A DNA stretch of 64,000 nucleotides from a virus. The notes under the pieces were generated by a model that made no database searches, was not told the DNA's origin, and saw only the letters and a program-made list of their open reading frames with translations. The position numbers were made by a program, and so were the translations under genes. The stretch covers positions 1 through 64,000 of IMG/VR virus record IMGVR_UViG_3300045988_083295, one strand, 5' to 3'. This document shows positions 28,724 through 38,139 of this stretch, one piece after another; within the stretch, counting starts at the first letter, position 1, and each line of letters starts with the position of its first letter.

Positions 28724-30856
28724 ATGGCAACGATTTATTGTAGATTCGTTGGTGTCGTAACCGCAGATGGTTTTGCTTCTATAGGGAAGGCTGAGAAGGG
28801 TGATGTTTACCAAGTCTCAGAACCCTTCTCTATTGGTGGCAAGAGATATGATTCGGGTTTCCACGTTGTCTGCGAACAATCCTTTTCATCGAAGATTACT
28901 CCAGATGAATCACATTGGAAGGCATTCGATAGGGTAGAGGTTGAGCTTTACAGAGTCGGTGGTAAGTCTTACAACACGGCATGTTTCCCATTCCCGACCT
29001 ATAAGGTTAGCGGAGCGAAGGGGTACATATTCACTGGAGGTACTTATCATGAAGTCCAACAGGTATCAAAAGACGCATTTGCGGCAAACGAGGGTATCTT
29101 TCTTGAGAGCGAAGAAGGGAATAGCAGTGCGACCTTTCTTGTCGGAGGCGATGGTGTGAATACCTCTCCGTCTTGGTGGAAGGGTAACACAGAGAGCATC
29201 AGTGTTTTGCCACAAGGCTCTATTCTTATTCTTGGCCCATCAACTACTTCCAATGACGTCGGATTCTTTATTCCAGCGGATGGTGTAACGACATTATACC
29301 CAAATCATGCATATATTGTAACAAACAAAAATATGGCAGATAAAACTTATATTCAATTTACTGGCCGTCTGAAGGCCACAAGCCAAGAGGGTATCTTGGC
29401 CGAGGCTCAGCAGATTGCCATCTCAGGAAGTGATAACACTAATGTCAAGCAGTACATTGACAACAAGATCTCTTCCGTTAACAATAACATCAATTCTGTA
29501 GCAGGAAGCGTGTATCGCCCGAAGGGTAGCATAACCTTCGCAGGACTTAAGGCGTTGGCTTCGGCTACGGCAGGTGACGTGTACAATGTGACTGACGCAT
29601 TCACGCTTGGTTCCAAGAGTTATCCTGCTGGTTCCAACGTTGCGTGCCTCAAGTCATTCTCTTCCGCTGTCACTCCCAGTGAGACCTACTGGGACGTGCT
29701 CGCTGGATTCGTAGACCTCTCTCCGTATGCCAAGACTTCTGAGGTGAGCACCATCAAGGGTAACCTTGAGAAGTCCATCTCAGACAATGTGTCAACGCTC
29801 ACTACGAAGGTCGGCACGGCTCAGACTACGGCCAATGCCGCGAAGTCGGCAGCTTCCACCAATGCAGGTGAAATCACCAAGATCAAGACTCGTGTATCTT
29901 CTTTGGAGGGTGTTGGCGCTCAGGCCAATGTCATCGAATCCGTGAAGGTCAATGGCTCGGCTCTTCCTATCTCTAACAAGAGTGTGAATGTTGACCTCAG
30001 TGCTTATACCAAGACAACGGAACTCGACAACAGAATCAACTTGAAGAGTGAAAGCGGTGGCTATAAAAGCGTGTCAATCTTTGGTGGCGCGGTTAGGTTG
30101 TCTGTAGGAACAGATGTCAACCATCAACAGATTAACATTGGTGACGGAGTCGTTATCGGTACTAACGTAGAAATCCGTACTGGCGTAAAAATTAGTCTAG
30201 GCGGAAACGGTAGACTTCAGCTCATTGGTAATACTGTTAAAGATATTGCCAATGTTGAAGACTTAGCCGGATACGTACAGAAGGTGTCAGGCAAGGGCTT
30301 GTCATCAAACGACTATACGAGTGCTGAGAAGACCAAGCTTGCAGGTATCGCCTCTTCGGCTCAGGTGAACGTCATCGAATCTGTCAAAGTCAATGGTTCG
30401 GCATTGGCCGTTGCTAACAAGGCCGTGAACATTGACCTCTCTTCTTACGCCAAGGGTTCGGATGTCGACAGACTGAAGAAAATGACCAAGAAGTTTGTTG
30501 CTCTTCCGTTTACGTTCGGCATCGAAGTCGGAACTCCTACGTTTGAAAGTAGTTCGATTACTATCAATGGCGAGACCACGGTCTACTACAGCAAGGCTGG
30601 CAAGACTTTCTACGTGCAGTCTAACATGAAGAATTACAAAAGTTGGGCTAATTCTGCTGGTTTCCCGGGTAAAGTGGAGTATAACGATGAGAATATTCTC
30701 TTCCTTGAGACCACCACGAAAGGGTTGTACATGAAGACCGCAGATGGTCTTGTGCTCTGCAATCAGAGTATTGTCAGTGGTTATGCGACCACTTCTGCTC
30801 TGAAGGCCGCTGAGAATCGTATCACCGCACTTGAGAACCTTCTCAAGCTTGCATAA
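28724..30856 (+). CDS. Tail fibre protein with internal duplications.
   Basis: NVIESVKVNGSAL..NK.VN.DLS.Y occurs twice. GDVY.V...F..G.K.Y..G..V.C..SFSS..TP also occurs twice. Confidence 0.7.
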   Translation: MATIYCRFVGVVTADGFASIGKAEKGDVYQVSEPFSIGGKRYDSGFHVVCEQSFSSKITPDESHWKAFDRVEVELYRVGGKSYNTACFPFPTYKVSGAKGYIFTGGTYHEVQQVSKDAFAANEGIFLESEEGNSSATFLVGGDGVNTSPSWWKGNTESISVLPQGSILILGPSTTSNDVGFFIPADGVTTLYPNHAYIVTNKNMADKTYIQFTGRLKATSQEGILAEAQQIAISGSDNTNVKQYIDNKISSVNNNINSVAGSVYRPKGSITFAGLKALASATAGDVYNVTDAFTLGSKSYPAGSNVACLKSFSSAVTPSETYWDVLAGFVDLSPYAKTSEVSTIKGNLEKSISDNVSTLTTKVGTAQTTANAAKSAASTNAGEITKIKTRVSSLEGVGAQANVIESVKVNGSALPISNKSVNVDLSAYTKTTELDNRINLKSESGGYKSVSIFGGAVRLSVGTDVNHQQINIGDGVVIGTNVEIRTGVKISLGGNGRLQLIGNTVKDIANVEDLAGYVQKVSGKGLSSNDYTSAEKTKLAGIASSAQVNVIESVKVNGSALAVANKAVNIDLSSYAKGSDVDRLKKMTKKFVALPFTFGIEVGTPTFESSSITINGETTVYYSKAGKTFYVQSNMKNYKSWANSAGFPGKVEYNDENILFLETTTKGLYMKTADGLVLCNQSIVSGYATTSALKAAENRITALENLLKLA

Positions 30857-30862
30857 CCAATT

Positions 30863-30901
30863 GCAGCACCCTGCATCCCCTTGTGGGGTGCTGCCCTTTT
30901 C
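30863..30901 (+). terminator. Terminator after the fibre gene.
   Basis: GCAGCACCC/GGGTGCTGC 9-bp stem followed by CCCTTTTC. Confidence 0.6.
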
Positions 30902-30921
30902 AAACAAACAATAAACTACAC

Positions 30922-31818
30922 ATGAGAAAGACAAGGTGCTCCATCGTCATTACAGCATACAATGTTGACCGCTACATCAAGCAGTGCGTAGACAGCGCGC
31001 TGAATCAGACAGAACCTTGCGAGGTTATCGTTGTGGCCGACTGTCCTACTGACAATACAAAGGATATTCTTGCTTCGTATGGCAAGAAAATCAAATTGGT
31101 GAATCACTTATGCAACCAAGGCGCCGGCCAATCACGTAGGGATGGCATCAGCCATGCTACGTCAGAGTTTGTTCTTCTTCTGGACGGAGATGATTACATT
31201 GACAGAGACTTTGTAAAGCAATTGGTAGCCAAGGCTGACAAGACGGGTGCCGACATTGTCAGTGGCGGTATCCGCATATTGAACGAAGATGGTTCATGGA
31301 ATGCGACCTCTTACGGAGAGTGCATCACGGAAGGCCGCGACAAGGTGACCAAATTCTGGGGCGAGAGAATTGTCTTCATGAATAACAAAATAATCAAAAG
31401 ATCCCTTTACGAAACCGTTCCCTACTGCAATAGGCGATACATTGAGGATACGCCCACGATAATTCCTATCATGTTCTATGCGAACAAGGTTGCTTACGTG
31501 GACAATATCGGATACACGTATCGCATGAATCCCCAATCGCTCACCCACACTTCGAACCTCATGAAAGACTTGATCTACAAGGGGCTGTGTTGGCTTGATA
31601 TGGTGGATTTCTTTAACGAGCATGACAAGGGTATGTTCGAGGCCATTGATATCATTGGCTATCTCCGTAACATTATCGGTACGCTCAACAAGGTGCATAT
31701 CACGGATACAATGATTGTTCCCTACAAGAAACAATGGGATGAATTCATTCTTCGATTGATGAATTGCATTGAGATTACCAATGTGAATATTATTGATGGG
31801 GTAAAGGGGTGTAACTGA
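30922..31818 (+). CDS. Family 2 glycosyltransferase.
   Basis: SIVITAYNVDRYIKQCVDSALNQT, then VIVVADCPTDNT, then LLLDGDDYID (DxD). First ATG after the terminator. Confidence 0.8.
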   Translation: MRKTRCSIVITAYNVDRYIKQCVDSALNQTEPCEVIVVADCPTDNTKDILASYGKKIKLVNHLCNQGAGQSRRDGISHATSEFVLLLDGDDYIDRDFVKQLVAKADKTGADIVSGGIRILNEDGSWNATSYGECITEGRDKVTKFWGERIVFMNNKIIKRSLYETVPYCNRRYIEDTPTIIPIMFYANKVAYVDNIGYTYRMNPQSLTHTSNLMKDLIYKGLCWLDMVDFFNEHDKGMFEAIDIIGYLRNIIGTLNKVHITDTMIVPYKKQWDEFILRLMNCIEITNVNIIDGVKGCN

Positions 31819-31863
31819 AATGTTGACCACTATGCCAATTAATGAATTAAAGTCAACAAACAT

Positions 31864-32787
31864 ATGGCAAACGTATCATGGAGCAGCCTTGAAGGGAACT
31901 TTTTTCGCATAGATGTTGGCACAAGCAAGGCCAGCGCGCTTACCGTAACGGACAATACCATTCTGCATATCTGCACGGATGGCGCAATCGTGATGAATGG
32001 AGAGACCATTGCCGAACGCAATGCAGACCTTTCTGGTTATATGCAGAAGTCGGGCGGTACGTTTACGGGTAACGTGAATGTTGGTTCTACTTCCACCAAC
32101 CGAAATATGTATGTTTATGGCCTAACGAGTTTGCAGGGGAATGTGACAATCGGTAACGCGACCACGAACAAGACTCTCAAGGTCTACGGCAAGGCCAGCA
32201 CCACGAGTGATTTGACAGTTGGCGGTTCGTTGGCTGTCACCTCAGATAGGATCACCCTGAAGAACAATGGTTACTCAGTCTATCTGTATAAGCCCACAGA
32301 CGAATACTTCTACCTCTTGATGTCCAACAAGAACGGATCGACATGGAACGACCTTCGACCGTTGACCATCAACATGACCAACGGATGGATGTCGCTTGCA
32401 AGTGGTGCGATGACATTGGTCAACAACGGCGATGTGAAAGTGGCCAATACCCTGACGGCAACCAAATTGGTTCAGACCAGCACCTCAGACCTTCGTGCCA
32501 AGGAAAATCTCAATGCAGACTTTGACGCGTTGGCGAAGTTGCGCGAGTTGGGCGATGTGTATGAATTCGACTACAAGGCTGACGGCAAGCATAGCTATGG
32601 CCTTATTGCCCAGAATGTGGAACAGTCGGAGTTGAAGGATATGGTTGGCTATGTTGATAAGGATGATCCTGATTCGCTTCGGTATGTCAATTATCTTGAC
32701 CCTAGAATTACGGCACTTCTTATCAAGAGTGTCAGGCAGTTGCAGGATGAGGTGACCAAACTTCGTTCTGAGCGATTAAAAGAATGA
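31864..32787 (+). CDS. Tail fibre or spike with a C-terminal intramolecular chaperone (peptidase S74-type) domain.
   Basis: C-terminus SDLRAKENL...YEFDYK...YGLIAQNVE...LIKSVRQLQDEV matches the endosialidase-type auto-cleaving chaperone. Confidence 0.75.
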   Translation: MANVSWSSLEGNFFRIDVGTSKASALTVTDNTILHICTDGAIVMNGETIAERNADLSGYMQKSGGTFTGNVNVGSTSTNRNMYVYGLTSLQGNVTIGNATTNKTLKVYGKASTTSDLTVGGSLAVTSDRITLKNNGYSVYLYKPTDEYFYLLMSNKNGSTWNDLRPLTINMTNGWMSLASGAMTLVNNGDVKVANTLTATKLVQTSTSDLRAKENLNADFDALAKLRELGDVYEFDYKADGKHSYGLIAQNVEQSELKDMVGYVDKDDPDSLRYVNYLDPRITALLIKSVRQLQDEVTKLRSERLKE

Positions 32788-32791
32788 TACG

Positions 32792-33325
32792 ATGATTAAT
32801 GTAACAACAAGCGGTGGCAACATGGCTGTCAATGCAGGTGCGGCTGTTGGTGTTGGCGTGTTCTACGAGGAGATGTTGCAGGTGTTCTTTGACCTGCGAT
32901 GGGCGGTGGCTTTCATCGGTATCCTTGTTCTCACGGATTTTTGGCTCGGTCTGACCGCCAGTGTTCGTGTACGTGGGGAGGACTTCCGCTTCAGTAGGGC
33001 ATTGCGAAGAACAACAACCAAGTTCTTGGAGTATGTCTGCTACATCGTGTTCGGTGTATTGCTAGTCAAGGCTTGCATTGAGCCATTCGGTATTGGCAGT
33101 GATCTCATGGGTGGCGCGATTGGCGCAAGCGTGGGCTTCATTGCTGAGTTTGACAGCATATATGGACACTTCTGTGACCTGCATGGAATCAAGAGGCGTA
33201 TATCCCTGAAGCGCATCTTTGTGGCATGGCTCAAGCAGAAGAACGAAGGTGTCGGTGAGGCCGTAGAGCAGGCATTAAATGAATCTGAAAAAGAAGCAGG
33301 AAATGAAACGAATAGCAACACATAA
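32792..33325 (+). CDS. Holin-like membrane protein.
   Basis: Three hydrophobic helices and a charged C-terminal tail. Lies directly upstream of the lysis enzymes. LTDFWLGLTAS...TTKFLEY resembles the holin 4_1 family. Confidence 0.6.
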   Translation: MINVTTSGGNMAVNAGAAVGVGVFYEEMLQVFFDLRWAVAFIGILVLTDFWLGLTASVRVRGEDFRFSRALRRTTTKFLEYVCYIVFGVLLVKACIEPFGIGSDLMGGAIGASVGFIAEFDSIYGHFCDLHGIKRRISLKRIFVAWLKQKNEGVGEAVEQALNESEKEAGNETNSNT

Positions 33326-33848
33326 CAGTGTGACGGGGGAGAAGGGCAAGGGATTGCTCTCCTTCCTTGTTGCTCCATTTTCCAAGTGTCAGAGCAAGAC
33401 TTTGGAAGAGCAGTATGATGCAGGATGCCGATTCTTCGACATTCGTACATGGTTGCGACCTGATGGTATATGGGTGTGCGGCCATGGAATGTGGACGGCT
33501 AAGATTACGCTATCCGATGTGCTGGATTTCTTCTTGAAGCATGAGGATGCCTATTTCAGTATTACCATTGAGAAGGGTGAACTGGATGAGTATGCCAACC
33601 AGCTGCTATACGATTTCGGATTCATCAATGGATGTCATCTTCGATATCAACTGGCGTACATTGCGGTCAAGAAGCCTCAGTGGCGTATTGTGAAGAGCTT
33701 TTACGATATGAATATCGCTGAGGGTTATAAGAATCTTGATGGAAGGTCTTGGCACACTTACCTTCCTATTCCTTGGCTATGGAAGAAGATCTACTACAAC
33801 AAGCCGGTATTCCTTAACAGCATATACGTGATGGTTGACTTCCTCTAA
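33303..33848 (+). CDS. PLC-like phosphodiesterase (PI-PLC X-domain-like).
   Basis: IATHNS (catalytic His context), then GCRFFDIR, then VCGHG, matching the PI-PLC X-box pattern GTHDS...G[IV]R[YF]xD[IL]R...HG. An alternative start is at 33279. Confidence 0.6.
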   Translation: MKRIATHNSVTGEKGKGLLSFLVAPFSKCQSKTLEEQYDAGCRFFDIRTWLRPDGIWVCGHGMWTAKITLSDVLDFFLKHEDAYFSITIEKGELDEYANQLLYDFGFINGCHLRYQLAYIAVKKPQWRIVKSFYDMNIAEGYKNLDGRSWHTYLPIPWLWKKIYYNKPVFLNSIYVMVDFL

Positions 33849-33864
33849 TAATACTATATAACTT

Positions 33865-34434
33865 ATGGCAAACTTCAATACTTACGCCCAGTTTCTGCAA
33901 TCGTGGGAAGGTGGGTATGTTAATGACAAGGATGACAGCGGTGGCGCAACGATGTGTGGTGTGACCATCGCTGCGTGGACTAGCTATTGCCGTCAGCATG
34001 GCATGCGCGCCACGACGCAGACTCTTCGCTCCATGACCAAGGAACAGTGGGGTGAGATCATGAAGAACGGATATTGGGATGCCGTGTGGGGTGACCATAT
34101 CCACAGTCTGAGCATTGCTTCGATGATGGCCGATTGGGCCATCAATTCAGGACCCAAGAGGGTTGTCAAGTATGTTCAGCGGATTCTTCCCGGTATCTCT
34201 GTTGACGGGATCATGGGTCCGAAGACCTTGAACCGAATCAACGCGATGAAGCCTTCTGTGTTGTTTGCCGAGATTCGCAAGGCAAGGCTTAACTACTACG
34301 CCGGCCTTGCCGAGAAGGATGAGCGCAAGAAGAAATATCTGGAAGGATGGAACAATCGCGTGAATGCGATGCAGTTTGGTGTGCTTGTGTGCAACGACAA
34401 GAAGCACACCAAGATTACTTGGAGCGAATCATAA
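33865..34434 (+). CDS. Endolysin: GH108 lysozyme domain plus a PG_binding_3 domain.
   Basis: WEGGYVNDKDDSGGATMCGVT (GH108 signature). The C-terminus DWAINSGPKRVVKYVQRIL..VDGIMGPKT is the peptidoglycan-binding domain. Confidence 0.9.
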   Translation: MANFNTYAQFLQSWEGGYVNDKDDSGGATMCGVTIAAWTSYCRQHGMRATTQTLRSMTKEQWGEIMKNGYWDAVWGDHIHSLSIASMMADWAINSGPKRVVKYVQRILPGISVDGIMGPKTLNRINAMKPSVLFAEIRKARLNYYAGLAEKDERKKKYLEGWNNRVNAMQFGVLVCNDKKHTKITWSES

Positions 34435-34455
34435 CATTACAATTGACGCAATAAT

Positions 34456-34779
34456 ATGGAAGGACGCAAGACCGGTGGACGCAAGAAAGGGACTCCCAAC
34501 AAGCAGAAACCTTCGCAACAGATTATACACGGCATACTCACTCAGACTGTAGGCGAATACTTCGAATCCGATGAATTTGCTGCGGATATGGCTCAGCTTG
34601 AACCAAAGGACAGACTGTTGGTGATGGAGCGTTTGGCGCAATATATTTTACCCAAGCAGCAAGCTCAGAAGGTGGAAATGAATGCCACGGCCAATGTCGC
34701 ACCTTCCTTTGCTGCACAATTGCGTGATCTCGCTTCACAATATGAATCACCATCCACGACTGAGGATCAAAAGGAATAA
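34456..34779 (+). CDS. Hypothetical protein with a basic GGRKKGTPNK N-terminus.
   Basis: 107-aa ORF. TAATG overlap with the next gene. Confidence 0.55.
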   Translation: MEGRKTGGRKKGTPNKQKPSQQIIHGILTQTVGEYFESDEFAADMAQLEPKDRLLVMERLAQYILPKQQAQKVEMNATANVAPSFAAQLRDLASQYESPSTTEDQKE

Positions 34780-37625
34780 TGGCTATGGAGCAATTGACGA
34801 TACAATATAAGGGTATGGCCTCGCAGCCGTCTGATTATTTGGTTGAGGACGGCAATCTGAATATGGCCGTCAATCTTGAGATGCGTGATGGAAGCTTGCA
34901 TGCGGCTCGGGTTCCGCGAAATAAGTGGTTCCATTGCGATAAATTCACGCCTCGCTTCATCCACAATACGAGTGATGGAAGGGAGATAGTTCTCGGCATT
35001 GTCGAGGAGTATGAGGTTGTCAGCCATGACGGCGAAGGCAGTTCACACACTCAACGGACTGGCAAGTATACGATTGGCGCATGCGATATAACGGGTGACA
35101 GGGATACGTTTGAAGAACTGGAGATGGACGGCATGCCTTCAGCGGACGAGCCTAGTGACATTGGCAATTTCTGTGCCATTGGGAATCTGGTATCTCTGAC
35201 GGTCAATGGGGTGCTGATGCATATGTCTTACAATGATTGGACTTACAATATTCTTGAGCATTCCATTCCGTTTATACCTCTTCATTTTGACACATTGAGG
35301 GTGGCCGACAATCTTTCTACGGTTGATGGAGGCCGGGATTTGGATTCCGTTCTTCCTAATCGTATGGATTGTTTGCCGAAGAGTGGGGATCTACCCTATT
35401 TATTGCCCAATAAGTATAAGACGGAGAAGGAGATTATCGAATGGTACAAGACAACCGAGTCTTACCAGAAGATGTCTGACCAGTGTCTTGGAACGCATAA
35501 TAAGGTACGTGAACGACTTCTCAAGGACAATGTACTCATGTATCCAGTCATGCTGGTGTACGCCATCAAACTGTATGACGGAAGCTATGTTCAGAAGTCG
35601 AATCCAATTCTGTTGTTCCCGGTGGCAAATAGTGTTGAATGCAAGGCCAACTTTCCGACAGATTTTCCGGGTTATGACAGCGGTGATGAGCAGATAAGCA
35701 AGCCAGACAGTGAATTCAAATATCACTTCAAGGTTCGTGGCATGTTCTACGAGGCGTATAGGATTTGCATGACGTCGCTGACAGACGAGGCGAATGAGGC
35801 AATTAAAAAGATTCGCGAATCTTATGGAAGCATTGTTGAAGGAGTTGATTTCTTTTTGAGTGAAAATATATACACCATTAATCCTGACGAGATGGAAGTG
35901 GCCACCCAGAAACTTTTGATGCAGGATGGCTCAAGCTTCACCCCAAGGATTTTTGTTTCCCCTCAGTTCGAGACGAGAGACTTGTGGCAAGAGATTCCCA
36001 AGATTGGTAACTTCTATCTTGTCAAGTCGGTGAAGCTGGAAGAACTTCCGAAGCTATGCAAGGATGGCACATATCTTCTTGACAAGAGTCGAGACAATAC
36101 TGACCTTACCAATTACACCCAGAAAGAGAGCATAACCCTGACCAATGTCCAAGGGTATACGAATATGCATTGCGAGGGGCTGATGTCGTACAACTCAAGA
36201 CTCATCGCCTACGGCATACGCAGCAGCATGCTTGACCTTAACGATATGGATGTGTATTGCCCAACAATATCCAATCCCAGCGGCGGCAAGGAATTGCCCA
36301 ATGATTATGCCAAGGCTCACTTGTATTCCCGAATATACAACAAGGTGCGCATTGTCGTGAAGCCTCCGTTTGAGAGGGAGATTGTTATTGGGTATGACAG
36401 CAATATGGAAAGGTTGTTCCCGATCCTATTCATGTATCCATCCCTATATTGCACTGATGCTTATCTCGGCATGCCTGATAACAAGTCATGCTTGCATAAG
36501 GAGATGACGGCACACAAGCTTCTTGTTATGTCGTATATAATCACCAAGCCTACTAGGCCAGGGCAGCTCACCTTGTCAGACTGGAAGTTGTCCTTGGATG
36601 CCCTTCCCGATGTGAGCAAGGATAAGACTGTGGCCAACGAGAATCTGGTCAAGGCTTCCGATGTCAACAATCCATTTGTGTTCAGCGATGGCAATTCTAC
36701 AACTTGTGGCAAGGGTAAGGTGAAGGTCGTTGCAGCTAACACGCAACCTATCAGCCAAGGTCAGTTTGGCCAATATCCTATCTTCGCTTTCTGCTCTGAT
36801 GGCGTGTATGCTATAGGCATAGGTGGCAATGGCACCATACAGAATTGCGTGCCGTACAGCACGGATGTCATTACTGATGCCGTCAGCTTGTGCAATGTTG
36901 GACGTGATATAGTATTCGTGAGCAGTTCGGGCGTTATGTCTATTGGGGATGAGGGACGCAAGATGTTGCTGTCCGCTGACAAGAATGCAACATATGTGTT
37001 CGACGACAACAATCAGAATGGTGTAATTCGTGAGGTCATCAATAATCATTATCCTGCTATCACGATACCATCGATGGCCAACCTCTATAAGTACCTGACT
37101 GATGGTGCCCGAATCGCCTTCGACTATCAAAATCGAAGGTTGATTGTGTTCAATCCGCAATACACTTACAGCTATCTGATGGATCTTGATACGCAGCAGT
37201 GGACCGTACTTACCCGGAAATTCGTTGATCATCTCAACCCGGTGGCGCAATGTCTGATGGTGGATGCCGACAATGAGACGGTCTATGACTATAGTACAGA
37301 TGACGTTCAGCAAGAGATGGCTGCATGGCTGTCAACGCGCGCCATGAAGTTAGGCGCTCCAGACTATCACAAGACTATTCGCACTATGATTCAACGAGGG
37401 CAACTCCACAGCCGTACTTCCGTAGGGCAATTGCTGTATGGCTCCAGGGATATGGTCAGCTGGTACCCAATCCGATCGAGCATAACCTCAGTGATGAGGG
37501 GCTTCGGAGGATCGGGCTACAAGTACTTTCGCGTTTTCGCATTCCTTCCGCAGATGACTCAGAAGGACAGCCTATATGGATGTAGCGTAGGTTTTGATAT
37601 TAGGATGACAAGCAGGATGCGTTAG
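34779..37625 (+). CDS. Large hypothetical virion protein (948 aa). A nozzle or baseplate role is possible but unsupported.
   Basis: Long clean ORF with no motif I recognise. Confidence 0.6.
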   Translation: MAMEQLTIQYKGMASQPSDYLVEDGNLNMAVNLEMRDGSLHAARVPRNKWFHCDKFTPRFIHNTSDGREIVLGIVEEYEVVSHDGEGSSHTQRTGKYTIGACDITGDRDTFEELEMDGMPSADEPSDIGNFCAIGNLVSLTVNGVLMHMSYNDWTYNILEHSIPFIPLHFDTLRVADNLSTVDGGRDLDSVLPNRMDCLPKSGDLPYLLPNKYKTEKEIIEWYKTTESYQKMSDQCLGTHNKVRERLLKDNVLMYPVMLVYAIKLYDGSYVQKSNPILLFPVANSVECKANFPTDFPGYDSGDEQISKPDSEFKYHFKVRGMFYEAYRICMTSLTDEANEAIKKIRESYGSIVEGVDFFLSENIYTINPDEMEVATQKLLMQDGSSFTPRIFVSPQFETRDLWQEIPKIGNFYLVKSVKLEELPKLCKDGTYLLDKSRDNTDLTNYTQKESITLTNVQGYTNMHCEGLMSYNSRLIAYGIRSSMLDLNDMDVYCPTISNPSGGKELPNDYAKAHLYSRIYNKVRIVVKPPFEREIVIGYDSNMERLFPILFMYPSLYCTDAYLGMPDNKSCLHKEMTAHKLLVMSYIITKPTRPGQLTLSDWKLSLDALPDVSKDKTVANENLVKASDVNNPFVFSDGNSTTCGKGKVKVVAANTQPISQGQFGQYPIFAFCSDGVYAIGIGGNGTIQNCVPYSTDVITDAVSLCNVGRDIVFVSSSGVMSIGDEGRKMLLSADKNATYVFDDNNQNGVIREVINNHYPAITIPSMANLYKYLTDGARIAFDYQNRRLIVFNPQYTYSYLMDLDTQQWTVLTRKFVDHLNPVAQCLMVDADNETVYDYSTDDVQQEMAAWLSTRAMKLGAPDYHKTIRTMIQRGQLHSRTSVGQLLYGSRDMVSWYPIRSSITSVMRGFGGSGYKYFRVFAFLPQMTQKDSLYGCSVGFDIRMTSRMR

Positions 37626-37709
37626 AACGCATGACGGGGGGTAATAAAAAAACGTCCCCAACACTTTAAAGAAATGAAGGCTCAACTACATTCTTAACTA
37701 CACATGTTT

Positions 37710-37772
37710 GCACAAGCACAGCGTGTCGGGGACGGGGATTGTCCTTAATTCTGCTGTGCTTGTGCGTTTTTT
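37710..37772 (+). terminator. Long-stem terminator.
   Basis: GCACAAGCACAGC/GCTGTGCTTGTGC 13-bp stem with a 30-nt structured loop, followed by GTTTTTT. Confidence 0.7.
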
Positions 37773-37833
37773 ATGTGCGTAGCGTAGTTGAGTCAAGGGC
37801 AAAGGTAAGAAAGAATCTTTAAATTTGCCAACT

Positions 37834-38139
37834 ATGAGAGTGAAAAGAACCAAGGATATGTTGTATAACATATTTTGCAAGGCTGTGGAAGCCACATTGG
37901 AGGCAAGCGGACTGACGTTTGACAAGCTTGCAACCTCTAGAGATGAGAAGAGCGTTACGGCCAGAGTCGTTCTTATTGATGTGCTTATGACTGCCGGGAT
38001 GAGTGAATCGATGATTGTGGAGTTGAGTGGCATGAGCCAACAACGCGTTAACCGTCTCAAGAACTCTGCTCGCTATAGACTCAAGGGGTTGCTTGGCAAG
38101 ATGATGCGCAAGGAAGTTGGTGATGCCTTGGCCGTATAA
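37834..38139 (+). CDS. Small HTH-containing protein.
   Basis: ESMIVELSGMSQQRVNRLKNSA is HTH-like. ATG at 37834 (the track begins at TTG 37825). Confidence 0.5.
   Translation: MRVKRTKDMLYNIFCKAVEATLEASGLTFDKLATSRDEKSVTARVVLIDVLMTAGMSESMIVELSGMSQQRVNRLKNSARYRLKGLLGKMMRKEVGDALAV

Noticed and set aside
36576-37313. A 245-aa minus-strand ORF antisense to the 948-aa gene. The same applies to 47516-48274, antisense to the annealing-protein gene.
   Set aside because: They are embedded shadow ORFs with no supporting signals.
37698-38060. A minus-strand 120-aa ORF overlapping the structured intergenic region and the small HTH gene.
   Set aside because: The translation is S/T/L-rich and implausible. 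The plus-strand ORF has an HTH and sits after a plus-strand terminator.
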